Source: Pseudomonadota bacterium (GTDB taxonomy: Bacteria > Myxococcota > JACRCW01 > JAFGSX01). Taken from it: 22,011 nucleotides of DNA. Positions 1 to 8,303 of this stretch are shown here, piece after piece. A program made the translations under genes and the position numbers. The notes under the pieces were generated by a model. The model ran no database searches. It was not told the origin of the DNA and saw only the letters and a list, made by a program, of their open reading frames with translations. The stretch covers positions 1 through 22,011 of the forward strand of contig JBDRCO010000112.1 in NCBI GenBank assembly GCA_043821645.1. Direction: 5' to 3'. How positions within the stretch are numbered: position 1 is the stretch's first letter; each line of letters starts with the position of its first letter.

Positions 1-27
1 GACTCAACCCATCTGATCAGCGCTGTA

Positions 28-53
28 GAATATTCGTCTGACACATATTCTGG
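28..53 (+). repeat. Junction motif copy (imperfect palindrome GAATAT-TC-GTC-T-GAC-AC-ATATTC followed by TGG)
   Basis: Palindrome centred on T39 with 9 of 11 arm pairs. Homology to 7997-8303 begins 2 nt after it. Confidence 0.7.
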
Positions 54-54
54 A

Positions 55-365
55 GGCCCACAGACAGGCCTCGCTGCTGTTCCGCTCCGGTGCGCGGGAT
101 ACTTCGTTTCCCCGATACAGCTACCGCCCACCACCACGCGACGGTCTCGACGACTGAACATCTCATTCACCAGAGACAGTCAGACTCGGCGCGCGTGAGT
201 TGCGATGGCCAGCATTGTGCGCCGCTGACAATCCCGTCGATGAGGCGTCCGAGCTCCGGTCTCCTGGGCTCTTCGTGTTGACTTCGCGTTGCCAGGAAGA
301 GTGCTCTCGAAGCGATTGGGAGGTCGGACCACGGCTGGCGGCTCGGCGAGGAATTGTTCGTGTGA
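55..365 (+). repeat. ~310-bp dispersed repeat, copy 1 (transposase 3' end plus trailer running into the junction motif)
   Basis: Aligns by eye with 7997-8303, with scattered substitutions and a small indel. Confidence 0.95.
56..157 (+). pseudogene. 3' remnant (33 aa) of a putative Y1/HUH RAYT-like transposase, copy 1
   Basis: Translates to AHRQASLLFRSGARDTSFPRYSYRPPPRDGLDD* with no start codon. Nearly identical to the longer remnant at 7950-8099. Family call is from recalled similarity to C-termini of myxobacterial Y1 transposases. Confidence 0.5.
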
Positions 366-378
366 CACCTTTTCTGGG
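351..378 (+). repeat. Junction motif copy GAATTGTTCGTGTGACACCTTTTCTGGG
   Basis: TGACACC-TTTT-CTGGG core at the end of the 310-bp repeat. Confidence 0.7.
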
Positions 379-430
379 TGTTTCGGGGGGTGGGGTGAGG
401 TTGGGGGCTATCCCAATGAGATCATTCGGT

Positions 431-512
431 GGATATTCGTATGACACCTAATCGGGGATATTCGTATGACACCTAATCGGGGAACAATATTCCTCTGACA
501 CCTTTTCCGGGG
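431..512 (+). repeat. Tandem junction motifs: two perfect 25-bp units GGATATTCGTATGACACCTAATCGG plus a third variant
   Basis: 431-455 and 456-480 are identical. 481-512 is GGAACAATATTCCTCTGACACCTTTTCCGGGG. Confidence 0.9.
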
Positions 513-718
513 TGGACGCTGGGTTTCGACGAGGAGACCTGCGGGTGGCACAGTGGGGCTGATACAAAATCGCCTGGATTCGACCCTGTTGTGGGGCCCC
601 GCCTTCACCGGCGAGGCTGCTCATCCTGGCGAGCTCGGAACAAGCCTCACCTGGGCCCCCCACAGCAAGCTCAAGCAAAGCGATTCAGTATGACACCTCG
701 CTCCCCGGTCGCGCATCG

Positions 719-2071
719 TCAGAGCTCCGGGATTCGCGCAGCGCTGGCAGAGGACACCTCGAGATCGACCTCGATCTCGGCGTCTGGGAAGACGTCCTTC
801 AGACAGGTCATCAGAGCTTCGTAGTCCCTGTAGCGGTGCCCCAGCCGAATGGACGTGAGCGGCACGCTGGACTGGTGAGGAAACTCCTCGACGTCGCGGC
901 CAAATACCTTGTCGCAGCCGTTGAAGACGATGCGCTTGAGCGAGACCAGGTCCGAGGAGCTCAGGATCCATCCGATGTCCGTGAGGCTCACCTCGGTGTA
1001 GGCCAGGTTGAGCAGCTTGAGATGCTTGAATTTTCCTGAAGCCGTAAAATCATAGAGGTCGCTCGTCGGTGTCCACGAAAGATCGAGCTCTTCCAGCGCG
1101 TCCAGGCTCGAGAAGTGCGCCAAGGTCCGCGGTCCCATCCAGCGCAGCGGGTTCGAGCGGAGGACCAGCGTACGAAGCTGCGCAAGAGACGTGGATGCGA
1201 CGAGCTGCTGGAGCCCGCCGGGGCTGATCGCGTTGCTGGCCAGATCGAGACGCCGGAGGCTCGGGGACAGGCTCGAGCTCTCGAAGCAGGCGGCGGCCTC
1301 GTCGTCGATGGCGCAGCGGGAGAGGAACAGGTCCGAGACTCGCGTCAGATGCGTCGAAGCCAGAAGCGCGGCGAGGCCTGCGCTCGTCAACTTGTTGCCG
1401 CTGAGCCTGAGCGAGCAGAGCGTCTGCAACCGTTCGCATCGAGCCAGGCGCTGCATGTCGCTCGCATCGAGAAAGTTGCCGCCGGAAAGATCGAGAGAAT
1501 CGAGGTGCGCCAGGAGCGGTGAGTCCAGCAGCGCCTCGAGCTCCGGAGTCCGAAGGCGGCAGTGGGCGAGGCGAAGGCTCGTGAGGTGGACGAGCGAGGG
1601 GGAGCTGGAGAGCGCCTCGAGCGCATCCTTTCGGAAGTCACCTGTGATCGACAGGCTCCCGACGCTGCTCAGCTGCGGGGCGTGAGACCACTCGCGCGCC
1701 TGGGCCCCCGAAGCGCTGAGCCTGCCGATCTCGATGTGTTCGAGCTGATCGAGATGCACGGCGGCACGAAGGGCGGCGACGTCCTTCTTTTTGAGCACGC
1801 CGACGTCCGGCTGTTCGGGATCGGGACACCTGAGGACCTTGCAGAGCGAGAGCGCGGGATGTCCCCCTTTCGGCTCGTGGAGCCAGCGCAGCGGGACGGT
1901 CCGAATCGCGCTCGGCCAGGCATCGAGCCGATCCCGAACAGGATCGATCAGCTGCTCGAGTTCAGCTCGCGTCGTGGTCGCACCGAGCAGTGCGGTCAGC
2001 TCGGACCAGGCCTCGCGGCTCGGGCCCTTCTCGACGCACCTGCAGATCGCGGCGTGCCTTTCGTGCTGCAT
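719..2071 (-). CDS. Leucine-rich repeat protein (RNI-like LRRs), 450 aa
   Basis: Repeated LxxLxLxxN/C units of ~28 aa (LTSLRLAHC, LDSLDLSGGN, LCSLRLSGN, LRRLDLASN, LRTLVLRSN). Purine-rich AGGAGAGGAG lies upstream of the ATG. Confidence 0.9.
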   Translation of the reverse strand: MQHERHAAICRCVEKGPSREAWSELTALLGATTTRAELEQLIDPVRDRLDAWPSAIRTVPLRWLHEPKGGHPALSLCKVLRCPDPEQPDVGVLKKKDVAALRAAVHLDQLEHIEIGRLSASGAQAREWSHAPQLSSVGSLSITGDFRKDALEALSSSPSLVHLTSLRLAHCRLRTPELEALLDSPLLAHLDSLDLSGGNFLDASDMQRLARCERLQTLCSLRLSGNKLTSAGLAALLASTHLTRVSDLFLSRCAIDDEAAACFESSSLSPSLRRLDLASNAISPGGLQQLVASTSLAQLRTLVLRSNPLRWMGPRTLAHFSSLDALEELDLSWTPTSDLYDFTASGKFKHLKLLNLAYTEVSLTDIGWILSSSDLVSLKRIVFNGCDKVFGRDVEEFPHQSSVPLTSIRLGHRYRDYEALMTCLKDVFPDAEIEVDLEVSSASAARIPEL

Positions 2072-2106
2072 GCGCGAGTCTCCTCTCCTTTTTTTTTAGG
2101 TGTGCT

Positions 2107-2125
2107 CCCCCAAAGAGGTGCCGCC
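2107..2125 (-). repeat. Junction motif copy, minus strand (GGCGGCACCTCTTTGGGGG)
   Basis: GGCACCT-pyrimidines-G run, facing the LRR gene. Confidence 0.5.
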
Positions 2126-2207
2126 ATGCGAGGTGCCCGCGACCTTGGCGCGGACGCCGTGCTCACTGGAAAACATAGCCTTCGGGCAGCGTGCAGTCGA
2201 TTACCCA

Positions 2208-2247
2208 GGAACAGGTACCTGGCACCTTCCCGCTCACCTTCCCTCGG
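2208..2247 (+). repeat. Junction motif copy AGGTACCTGGCACCTTCCC plus a degenerate second unit (CACCTTCCCTCGGG)
   Basis: Near-palindrome AGGT(A)CC-T-GG(C)ACCT. Confidence 0.7.
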
Positions 2248-2309
2248 GTCCCCGGCGCTTTGCCCCCGCACCCTTTTCAGCCAGACCACGCCTTCACGCA
2301 GCCGTCGTC

Positions 2310-2960
2310 CTAGGGGAAGAGCGAGCCGAGGCACGAGCCAAAGACCGCCATGACGACGCCGAATATCACCAGCACGGGCAGCCCGGCACGCAGCCAGTGA
2401 AACGCGGTCCACAGCTCTGGTTCGGCGCCCACCCACGCCACCAGCATTCTCCGGAACGGTGTCGGCGGAGAATCCAGGGGCGGAAGCTGAACCCGAAGCG
2501 CAGGGCCGGGGCAGCGCGCGAGGACCGCGTCGACGAGGGAGCGCACGACGAGACGCGTCTGCTGGACCCGGTCCTGGTTGCGGCCGTGGGTGCGCAGTGC
2601 GCCGAAGTCGAAGACGGCGCTCAGCAGGGAGCCATCGGCGGCCCAGTCCCAGATCGAGATGGCGTCGAGCTCCGCGATCGCACCAGCATCTGTCACCAGC
2701 CCGGCGTTCTGCACGGCGCGGCGGACGATGGCCTGGGCCTCCAGCAGCCTGTTGTTGGCCAGGGCCACCTCGGTGCGCTCGGCCTTGCCAAGCAGCCCGT
2801 CGAACGAGCTCGAACCCAGGAGGTCCAGGACCTGCCGGTCACGCAGGGTGCGTGTCTCGCCCTCGAGGCCGTACAGGATGCGATCGGCGCTGAGCAGCTC
2901 CTCGAGGCACTGCACCGCCAGCTCTCTCGACAGCTTCACGTCGGACGCGCTGTTCTCCAT
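2310..2960 (-). CDS. Hypothetical protein with C-terminal transmembrane helix, 216 aa, copy 1
   Basis: Reads MENSASDVK...LPVLVIFGVVMAVFGSCLGSLFP*. The paralog at 17118-17768 keeps the frame with conservative changes. Start codon inferred. Confidence 0.8.
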   Translation of the reverse strand: MENSASDVKLSRELAVQCLEELLSADRILYGLEGETRTLRDRQVLDLLGSSSFDGLLGKAERTEVALANNRLLEAQAIVRRAVQNAGLVTDAGAIAELDAISIWDWAADGSLLSAVFDFGALRTHGRNQDRVQQTRLVVRSLVDAVLARCPGPALRVQLPPLDSPPTPFRRMLVAWVGAEPELWTAFHWLRAGLPVLVIFGVVMAVFGSCLGSLFP

Positions 2961-3053
2961 CACAGACCTTTCGCTGGGCCCGCGAGCTCGGGCGCGTTGC
3001 ACACCGGGCAGCGAGGGGTGGCGAGAGCCGGTCCCCGCCGAGGCCATGGCCCG

Positions 3054-3077
3054 CCCCGGGAACGGTGCCACCCGGTT
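3054..3077 (-). repeat. Junction motif copy, minus strand (AACCGGGTGGCACCGTTCCCGGGG)
   Basis: Matches GGGTGGCACCTTTCCGGGG. Homology with the 17.1-17.86 kb copy ends at ~3052, just inside it. Confidence 0.75.
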
Positions 3078-3168
3078 GTCATACTGCAAGGACCACGCAT
3101 CCTCCACCCATGCCAATGATCGGGCCAGGGCGCTAGTGTATGGGTCCGGTGATCGCGGGAGGTGGCAA

Positions 3169-5391
3169 ATGTGTGCAGTCCGCATTGGCAGGGACGGTCA
3201 GCGCATCCTGGACGCGGCCCAGCGCTTCGAGGCGCAGGCGCGCGTCGGTAGCGACGACGTCAAGGCCCTGGTCGACCTGGCGCAGGCCAACGCCCGGGCC
3301 TCTGCCGGTGAGCGCGCCGCACTGAAGCAGGTGCTGGCTCGCTATTCGGACAAGCTGGAGCCCGACGCGCGCGCGCGGCTCGAGGGCTACCTGGGCATGA
3401 CGAGCGCCGCCGTGCGCAACCTGGTGCACGCGCTCGAAGCCGACGACGGCGTGGTCGACGCACGCGACGCCGGCAAGCTGGCCGAGCTGGTCACCAAGGA
3501 CGGCCGCATCACCTCGCGCGAGAAGTACTCGCTGGGTGCGGCGCTGATCGCGGCCAAGATGACGCCCGAGGCGGCGGCGGCCGTGCGCGCGCTGCAGGCC
3601 GGCGTGCGGCCCGGCCCCGCGCTGGTGGCCCTCGGCACGGTCGGTGGGCTGGACATCGCCCTGCACCCGGCCGGCTACTTTGGTTTTGCCGCGGATCGCG
3701 CCGACGCGCCGACGACCGGCGTTGCCGGCACGCCGCACGGCAGCGAGGCGCTGGCCACCCGCCTGTACTGCGGCGCGCGCCTGATCGCGGCCGACCCTTC
3801 GCTGCTCGCGCGCGTCGATGGGGCGGCCCAGCGGCAGCTCGTCGCCCACCTGGTGCGAGCCGCCAGCCACGGTGGCGACGTCGAGACGTCGGCGCCGGGA
3901 AGCGTGGCGTCGCGCAAGCTGCGCTACGGTGCGGCCGGCGTGCTGGCTGCCTGCGTGCGCAGCGGGGTACAGCGCGAGGCCGCCGTCGACGGGCTGCTCG
4001 GGATGGTCCACAACGAGCGCGACCGGCCGCTGCTCGCCTTCGTCTACCACCAGCTCGCGGGCGCCACCGATCTGAACCCGGCGCAGCGCAGCGCGCTCGA
4101 CGCGCTCAAGGTCCGCGTGCTGCGGCAGGCGCCGCCCTACGAGGGCTGGTTCAAGGACGGCAACACGCAGCTCAACGTTCGCCACTACATCCACGAGGAG
4201 TACTGGAACCTGTGGGTGCCCGAGTACCGGCGCCTGGGCTTCCAGGAGACGCCGCAGCCGGGCGGCGCCATCCTCTTCGAGCGCGAGTACAAGGACCCCC
4301 AGGGGCAGAACCCGCCGACCCGGGTCTCGGTGCTGGTGCACAGGACCGAGAAGGACATCTTCCGCGACATGGACGACTCGAAGACCCACATCGAGTGGTA
4401 CTCGGGTCACTCGAACCTGGGCGGCAACGTCGAGTACGCCCTGCGCAACGGGCCCGCTGCGGCCAGCGGCGACAAGTGGATCCTCAACTGGATGTGCCGC
4501 GGCTTCCAGGTGCACTCCGACGTCACCCGGCGCTACCCCGACGCCCACTACACGACGACGACGATCTCGCCCGCGGGCGGCAACGGACAGCTCCTGATCG
4601 ACGAGGTGTTCCGCGGCGTGGCGGCGCGCGCGAGCTACGCCGACATCCGCCGTGGCGTCGAGGCCCGGGACCGCCAGAACCCGCGCGGCACCTACCTGTT
4701 CCCCGACGATCCGCGCACGCTGGCGCTGCTCGACTATGACGGCGACGGCAAGGCCGACGCGGGCCCTGCCGGCGCCGACCCCCTGCTCGACGCGGCGCTC
4801 AACAACCCCGACCGCGAGCGCTGGGATCTCAAGCCGCGGCCGAGCACCCTCGACGTCGACGAGCTGCGCGGCGAGAAGGTGTTTCACGCGGTTAACTTCG
4901 CCAACACCCTGGTCCACTACCACAACGAGTACAGCCCGCACCGCCCCGGCATCGGCAAGGCCTACGACGACCACATCGTGTCGGGCGGCTGGTTCGACGA
5001 CGGCAGCGACACGCCGGTGCGGGTCCAGCCCAGGCGGGTCGACGGCCAGGACTTCTTCGAGGTGCAGGTCAACGCGCGCTTCGCCGACCAGTCGGCCGAC
5101 GCGGTGGGCGCCCTGGTGCAGTACGAGCTGTTCCTGCACGCGGTGGCCGAGGAGCGCGGCGGCTCCCCCACCGCCGAGGACAGGCTGCGCGGCCTGGTCT
5201 TTGCCGGCGAGTACCTGAGCTACATGTACTGCAGCTGGAACGAGATGGACGCGGTGCTGCGGCGCCTGGGCGAGCGCGCGGGCTTTGCCGGCGTGAACGC
5301 CGAGAAGGTGCGGCGGGCCATCGACAGCGACGGCTCGGGCTACATCACCGACGCCCAGGTCGCCGCGCTCGGCCGCATCCTCGGCGTCTGA
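3169..5391 (+). CDS. Hypothetical 740-aa protein with possible caspase-fold His-Cys dyad and Ca-binding loops
   Basis: GGAGGT RBS before ATG 3169 and strong GC3 bias. Contains IEWYSGHS...ILNWMCRG, DYDGDGKAD and DSDGSGYI. No signal peptide. Confidence 0.85.
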   Translation: MCAVRIGRDGQRILDAAQRFEAQARVGSDDVKALVDLAQANARASAGERAALKQVLARYSDKLEPDARARLEGYLGMTSAAVRNLVHALEADDGVVDARDAGKLAELVTKDGRITSREKYSLGAALIAAKMTPEAAAAVRALQAGVRPGPALVALGTVGGLDIALHPAGYFGFAADRADAPTTGVAGTPHGSEALATRLYCGARLIAADPSLLARVDGAAQRQLVAHLVRAASHGGDVETSAPGSVASRKLRYGAAGVLAACVRSGVQREAAVDGLLGMVHNERDRPLLAFVYHQLAGATDLNPAQRSALDALKVRVLRQAPPYEGWFKDGNTQLNVRHYIHEEYWNLWVPEYRRLGFQETPQPGGAILFEREYKDPQGQNPPTRVSVLVHRTEKDIFRDMDDSKTHIEWYSGHSNLGGNVEYALRNGPAAASGDKWILNWMCRGFQVHSDVTRRYPDAHYTTTTISPAGGNGQLLIDEVFRGVAARASYADIRRGVEARDRQNPRGTYLFPDDPRTLALLDYDGDGKADAGPAGADPLLDAALNNPDRERWDLKPRPSTLDVDELRGEKVFHAVNFANTLVHYHNEYSPHRPGIGKAYDDHIVSGGWFDDGSDTPVRVQPRRVDGQDFFEVQVNARFADQSADAVGALVQYELFLHAVAEERGGSPTAEDRLRGLVFAGEYLSYMYCSWNEMDAVLRRLGERAGFAGVNAEKVRRAIDSDGSGYITDAQVAALGRILGV

Positions 5392-5407
5392 AGCTCGCGC
5401 TCCCCTG

Positions 5408-5445
5408 AACAGGTGCGTGGCACCTGAACTGGGCACCTGAACTGG
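5408..5445 (+). repeat. Junction motif AGGTGCGTGGCACCT with a perfect 13-bp tandem duplication (GGCACCTGAACTG x2)
   Basis: 5419-5431 equals 5432-5444. Starts 17 nt after the stop of the upstream gene. Confidence 0.8.
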
Positions 5446-5485
5446 TGTGTGGGTGAGATCGAGGGGGCCAAGCGACGAGAACTAT

Positions 5486-5520
5486 TGGATTGATAAGTGG
5501 GTGGCACCTTTCCTGGGGGA
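5486..5520 (+). repeat. Junction motif copy TGGATTGATAAGTGGGTGGCACCTTTCCTGGGGGA
   Basis: 31/35 identical to 12073-12107. Confidence 0.85.
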
Positions 5521-5585
5521 GCCTTGGGACAGCCACGACCGTCCGCCGATGCGCGCGCGCCGCTGCTGAAGCCGCGTCCAGACCG

Positions 5586-6011
5586 CTAGTTGCAGCCGAC
5601 GTCGCCGAAATCCGTCGGCCCGCACAGCGTCTTGCCCTGCTGCACGCAGTCCTTCTGAAGCTGCCACGTGCCGCCGACGCACTTGAGTTCGATCTCGGGT
5701 CGGGTCGAGGAGCAGGCATACTTGCCCAGACTGGTGCAGGCCTTGCCTTCCTCGGCCATGGCGTACAGCTCGGGGAAGTCTCCACAAAGCACCTGGTCGT
5801 CGGTGAAAGCGTCGTTGCAGCCCACATTCTCGACGCAGGCGCCGTAGCCCACCCAGGTGCCGCCCTCGCAGATGAGCAGCGAGTGATCGCGTCCGTTGGC
5901 GACGCCACAGCGATTCTCATCATCGCTCATGCAGGGCTGGCCCGCCTCGGGTGCACAGAGACACGCGGAGAAGGGCAGGACAGCCAGCAGATACATCAGC
6001 TTCTTGTTCAC
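5586..6011 (-). CDS. Cys-rich putative lipoprotein, 141 aa
   Basis: GGAGG before GTG start. Signal/lipobox-like N-terminus MNKKLMYLLAVLPFSAC. Two CxGGTW-type Cys-rich repeats. Confidence 0.8.
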   Translation of the reverse strand: MNKKLMYLLAVLPFSACLCAPEAGQPCMSDDENRCGVANGRDHSLLICEGGTWVGYGACVENVGCNDAFTDDQVLCGDFPELYAMAEEGKACTSLGKYACSSTRPEIELKCVGGTWQLQKDCVQQGKTLCGPTDFGDVGCN

Positions 6012-6155
6012 GAACGCCTCCGCGGACAGACTGAGTTCGCCAGACCACAGCGACGCACCCTGGGATGCACGTCGGCGATGTTGTCGCACCAGACGCAGCC
6101 GCGGGAAGCAAGGCCCCGCGACACGGCGCGCGCGCGATCCTGCTAGCATGGCTCC

Positions 6156-6402
6156 ATGCGACAGCTCCTGCTGGTCTCCATGCTCGGGCTCACCTCGGTC
6201 CTCCCTAGCCACACATACGCCCTGGCGGGTCCTCTCGACGGCTTGCAACCCGGCGAGTGGTGCGAGGCGCCAGGATCGCACCTGCGCAGCGTCGACCCCT
6301 GTCCCGCGCGCGACTGCGACTACAGCGCGGTCGAGGGACAGGCGGCAGTCATCAACGACTGGAGCGGCGGCGCCTTCGACACCTCGCGAGACCGCCTGCT
6401 GG
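6156..6402 (+). pseudogene. 5' fragment of a secreted beta-propeller-like protein, truncated after WSGGAFDTSRDRLL
   Basis: Signal peptide MRQLLLVSMLGLTSVLPSHTYALA. Coding-like to ~6402, then Arg/Pro-rich junk to a stop at 6512. Confidence 0.55.
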
Positions 6403-6703
6403 GTCGTAGGAAACACAAAGTGCCTCTCCGCCGCCGACTTCGGGTACGCGCTCCTCGTGGTCCGTCTCCACATCCGTCGCCATCGATTGTAGCACGGTCT
6501 CCGAACCCGTGAAAACGACGCCAGCGCGCAGCCCGGGCAAACGAGTGCCTTGCCGCCATGACTCGGCGGCGCAGATGTCGTAGCAGGTGACGTCGTCAGC
6601 TCGTTAGCAGCACTCGAACGCGAGCTCGGTCTGAGGAGGTGCTCGCGCCGGGGCGATCGCCACAGTCTCGGCGGGCAAGCCGGCGTGGTGCTGGTGGGTT
6701 GAA

Positions 6704-6753
6704 GTCCGTCCGGACCTGTGCCGGACGGACGAAGGTCTTCCCGAAAGACCTTC
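6704..6753. other. Two abutting perfect hairpins downstream of prxU
   Basis: GTCCGTCCGG-N7-CCGGACGGAC (10 bp) followed directly by GAAGGTCTT-N5-AAGACCTTC (9 bp). Confidence 0.7.
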
Positions 6754-6844
6754 GACAAGTGAGTAGCGACGGGCCTCGCTGGGGGCGGTCACGAAGGCGA
6801 CCAGCTTGAGGCGACCGCCGCAGGAACCCCCTGCCCCGGGTGCC

Positions 6845-7561
6845 TTACTCGCTCGGCTTCCAGACCTCCCACACCCGGCCTGCCAGATCCGGCCCGACCT
6901 TCAAGGTGGGCTGGCCAGGTTCCCAGCCGGCGGGACAGACCTCGGCACCCTTGGTCTTGCGCACGTGCATGAAGGCGTGAAGCTGACGGATGGACTCGGC
7001 CACCTTGCGACCGACGGGAGGTGTGAGCATCTCGATGGCCTGCACGATGCCGTCCGGATCGATGATGAACCGGCCGCGCACGTCGACCCCGGCCTGTGCG
7101 TCGTAGACTCCATACACCGCACCGATCTGGCCCCCGGCGTCCGAGAGCATGGGGAAAGGGAAACCACCTTCCACCATCTTCGACAGCTCCTGCTCCTGCC
7201 AGATCTTGTGCACGAAGCGGCTGTCGGTGCTGCACGAGAGCACCTGCACGTCCAGCGCCCGGAACGCATCTGCTTTGTCGGCGACCGCCGACAGCTCGGT
7301 CGGTCAGACGAAGGTGAAGTCACCCGGGTAGAAGCAGAGAAAGACCCACTTGCCGCGGTAGCTCGACAGCTTGATGTTCGTGAACCCACCCTCGAAGAAC
7401 GCCGAGGCTTCAAAGTCCGGTGCTTCCTTGCCGACCATCACGCCCATGGAAACCTCCTTTTCGGTGTGACCAGGTGACGTCGCCGCGGCCGTCGCCTCCG
7501 GGCGAAGGATGGGCCCGGCCGCCTTGGACACGCAGCCCTCCGGTCCCTTGCTCTTGGTCAT
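6845..7561 (-). CDS. prxU: Selenocysteine-containing 2-Cys peroxiredoxin (AhpC/Prx1 family), UGA at 7304-7306 read as Sec
   Basis: Two track ORFs join in frame: ...[20 protein letters not shown]... with UGA at the peroxidatic Cys position. Resolving motif EVCPAGW. Alternative start at ATG 7447 has an AAGGAGG RBS. Confidence 0.93.
7276..7293 (-). promoter_or_regulatory. Bacterial SECIS-like hairpin
   Basis: UGUCGGC-GGUC-GCCGACA, a 7-bp stem with a G-containing 4-nt loop, starting 11 nt 3' of the UGA. Confidence 0.8.
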
Positions 7562-7760
7562 GCCTCCTCCTCGATCCTGTGCCTTGTGACCTGTCTGTCT
7601 CCGATGTTGCTTCTCGAGCGGCACCTCCCCGCCGCGGGGGACGAGTCTGTCCCGCAGCGCCAGCACTCCACTCGTCGTCGCACCCGACGTGCTGGTCGAC
7701 GCGGCACTCGCAGTGAGCCCAGCGTGCGACGAGGACGACGGTGGTCGACCCGATCTATCC

Positions 7761-7784
7761 TTGACGGTTATGTGTATATGTCAA
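7761..7784 (-). promoter_or_regulatory. Putative prxU promoter/operator: TTGAC-N14-GTCAA inverted repeat containing TTGACA on the minus strand
   Basis: AT-rich island TTGACGGTTATGTGTATATGTCAA ~200 bp upstream of prxU. The -10 element is not clear. Confidence 0.45.
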
Positions 7785-7920
7785 TAAAGAACCCCGTGAG
7801 CGCCCGAAAGAACCGCCTGGGGTGCCCGGCGCACCGAGGGAGGTCCGCACCGGTGTCAGGACAAGACCGGCACGATGGCGAGGCCTTTCAACTGGGACCC
7901 GATGGCGATCTGGTCCTGAG

Positions 7921-7950
7921 CCTGGATCGGGTCTGGCACCTTTCCTGGGG
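7921..7950 (+). repeat. Junction motif copy CCTGGATCGGGTCTGGCACCTTTCCTGGGG
   Basis: Shares TGGCACCTTTCCTGGGG exactly with 5502-5518. The transposase remnant starts directly after it. Confidence 0.85.
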
Positions 7951-8099
7951 CAGCACTGCGTCGGGAATACCGGCACTGCTACCGCGACTTCGTACGGGCC
8001 CACAGACAGGCCTCGCTGCTGTTCCGCTCCGGTGCGCTGGATACTTCGTTTCCCCGATACAGCTACCGCCCACCACCACGCTACGGTCTCGACGACTGA
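7950..8099 (+). pseudogene. 3' remnant (49 aa) of a putative Y1/HUH RAYT-like transposase, copy 2
   Basis: AALRREYRHCYRDFVRAHRQASLLFRSGALDTSFPRYSYRPPPRYGLDD*. The pattern YRxFVxAxRxAxxxxxxG...FPxxSxxP is recalled from myxobacterial Y1 transposase C-termini. Not on the ORF track. Confidence 0.55.
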
Positions 8100-8303
8100 A
8101 CATCTCATTCAGCAGAGACAGTCAGACTCGGCGCGCGTGAGTTGCGATGGCCAGGTGCGCCGCCGACAATCCCGTCGATGAGGCGTCCGAGCGCCGGTCT
8201 CCTGGGCTCTTCGTGTTGACTTCGCGTTGCCAGGAAGAGTTCTTTCGAAGCGATTGGGAGGTCGGACCACTGCTGGCGGCTCGGCGAGGAATTGTTCGTG
8301 TGA
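7997..8303 (+). repeat. ~310-bp dispersed repeat, copy 2
   Basis: Matches 55-365 and breaks off at GTTCGTGTGA, the centre of the junction motif. Confidence 0.95.

Noticed and set aside
431-512. CRISPR array
   Set aside because: The 25-bp repeats are contiguous with no spacers, and no cas genes are present.
2578-3168. N-terminal 197 aa of the 937-aa track ORF
   Set aside because: It is antisense to the duplicated gene and crosses a junction motif. A good RBS supports ATG 3169.
3133-5436. 767-aa minus-strand ORF and similar long antisense ORFs (8326-9924, 17386-18663, 18551-19690)
   Set aside because: These are shadow frames of high-GC3 genes with no recognisable motifs.
6631-6760. Hammerhead ribozyme (CTGAGGAG near hairpins)
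   Set aside because: I could not build a stem II closed by GAAA in the required position.
7304-7306. Nonsense mutation making the peroxiredoxin a pseudogene
   Set aside because: The UGA is exactly at the catalytic residue, a SECIS-like hairpin follows, and both halves are intact.
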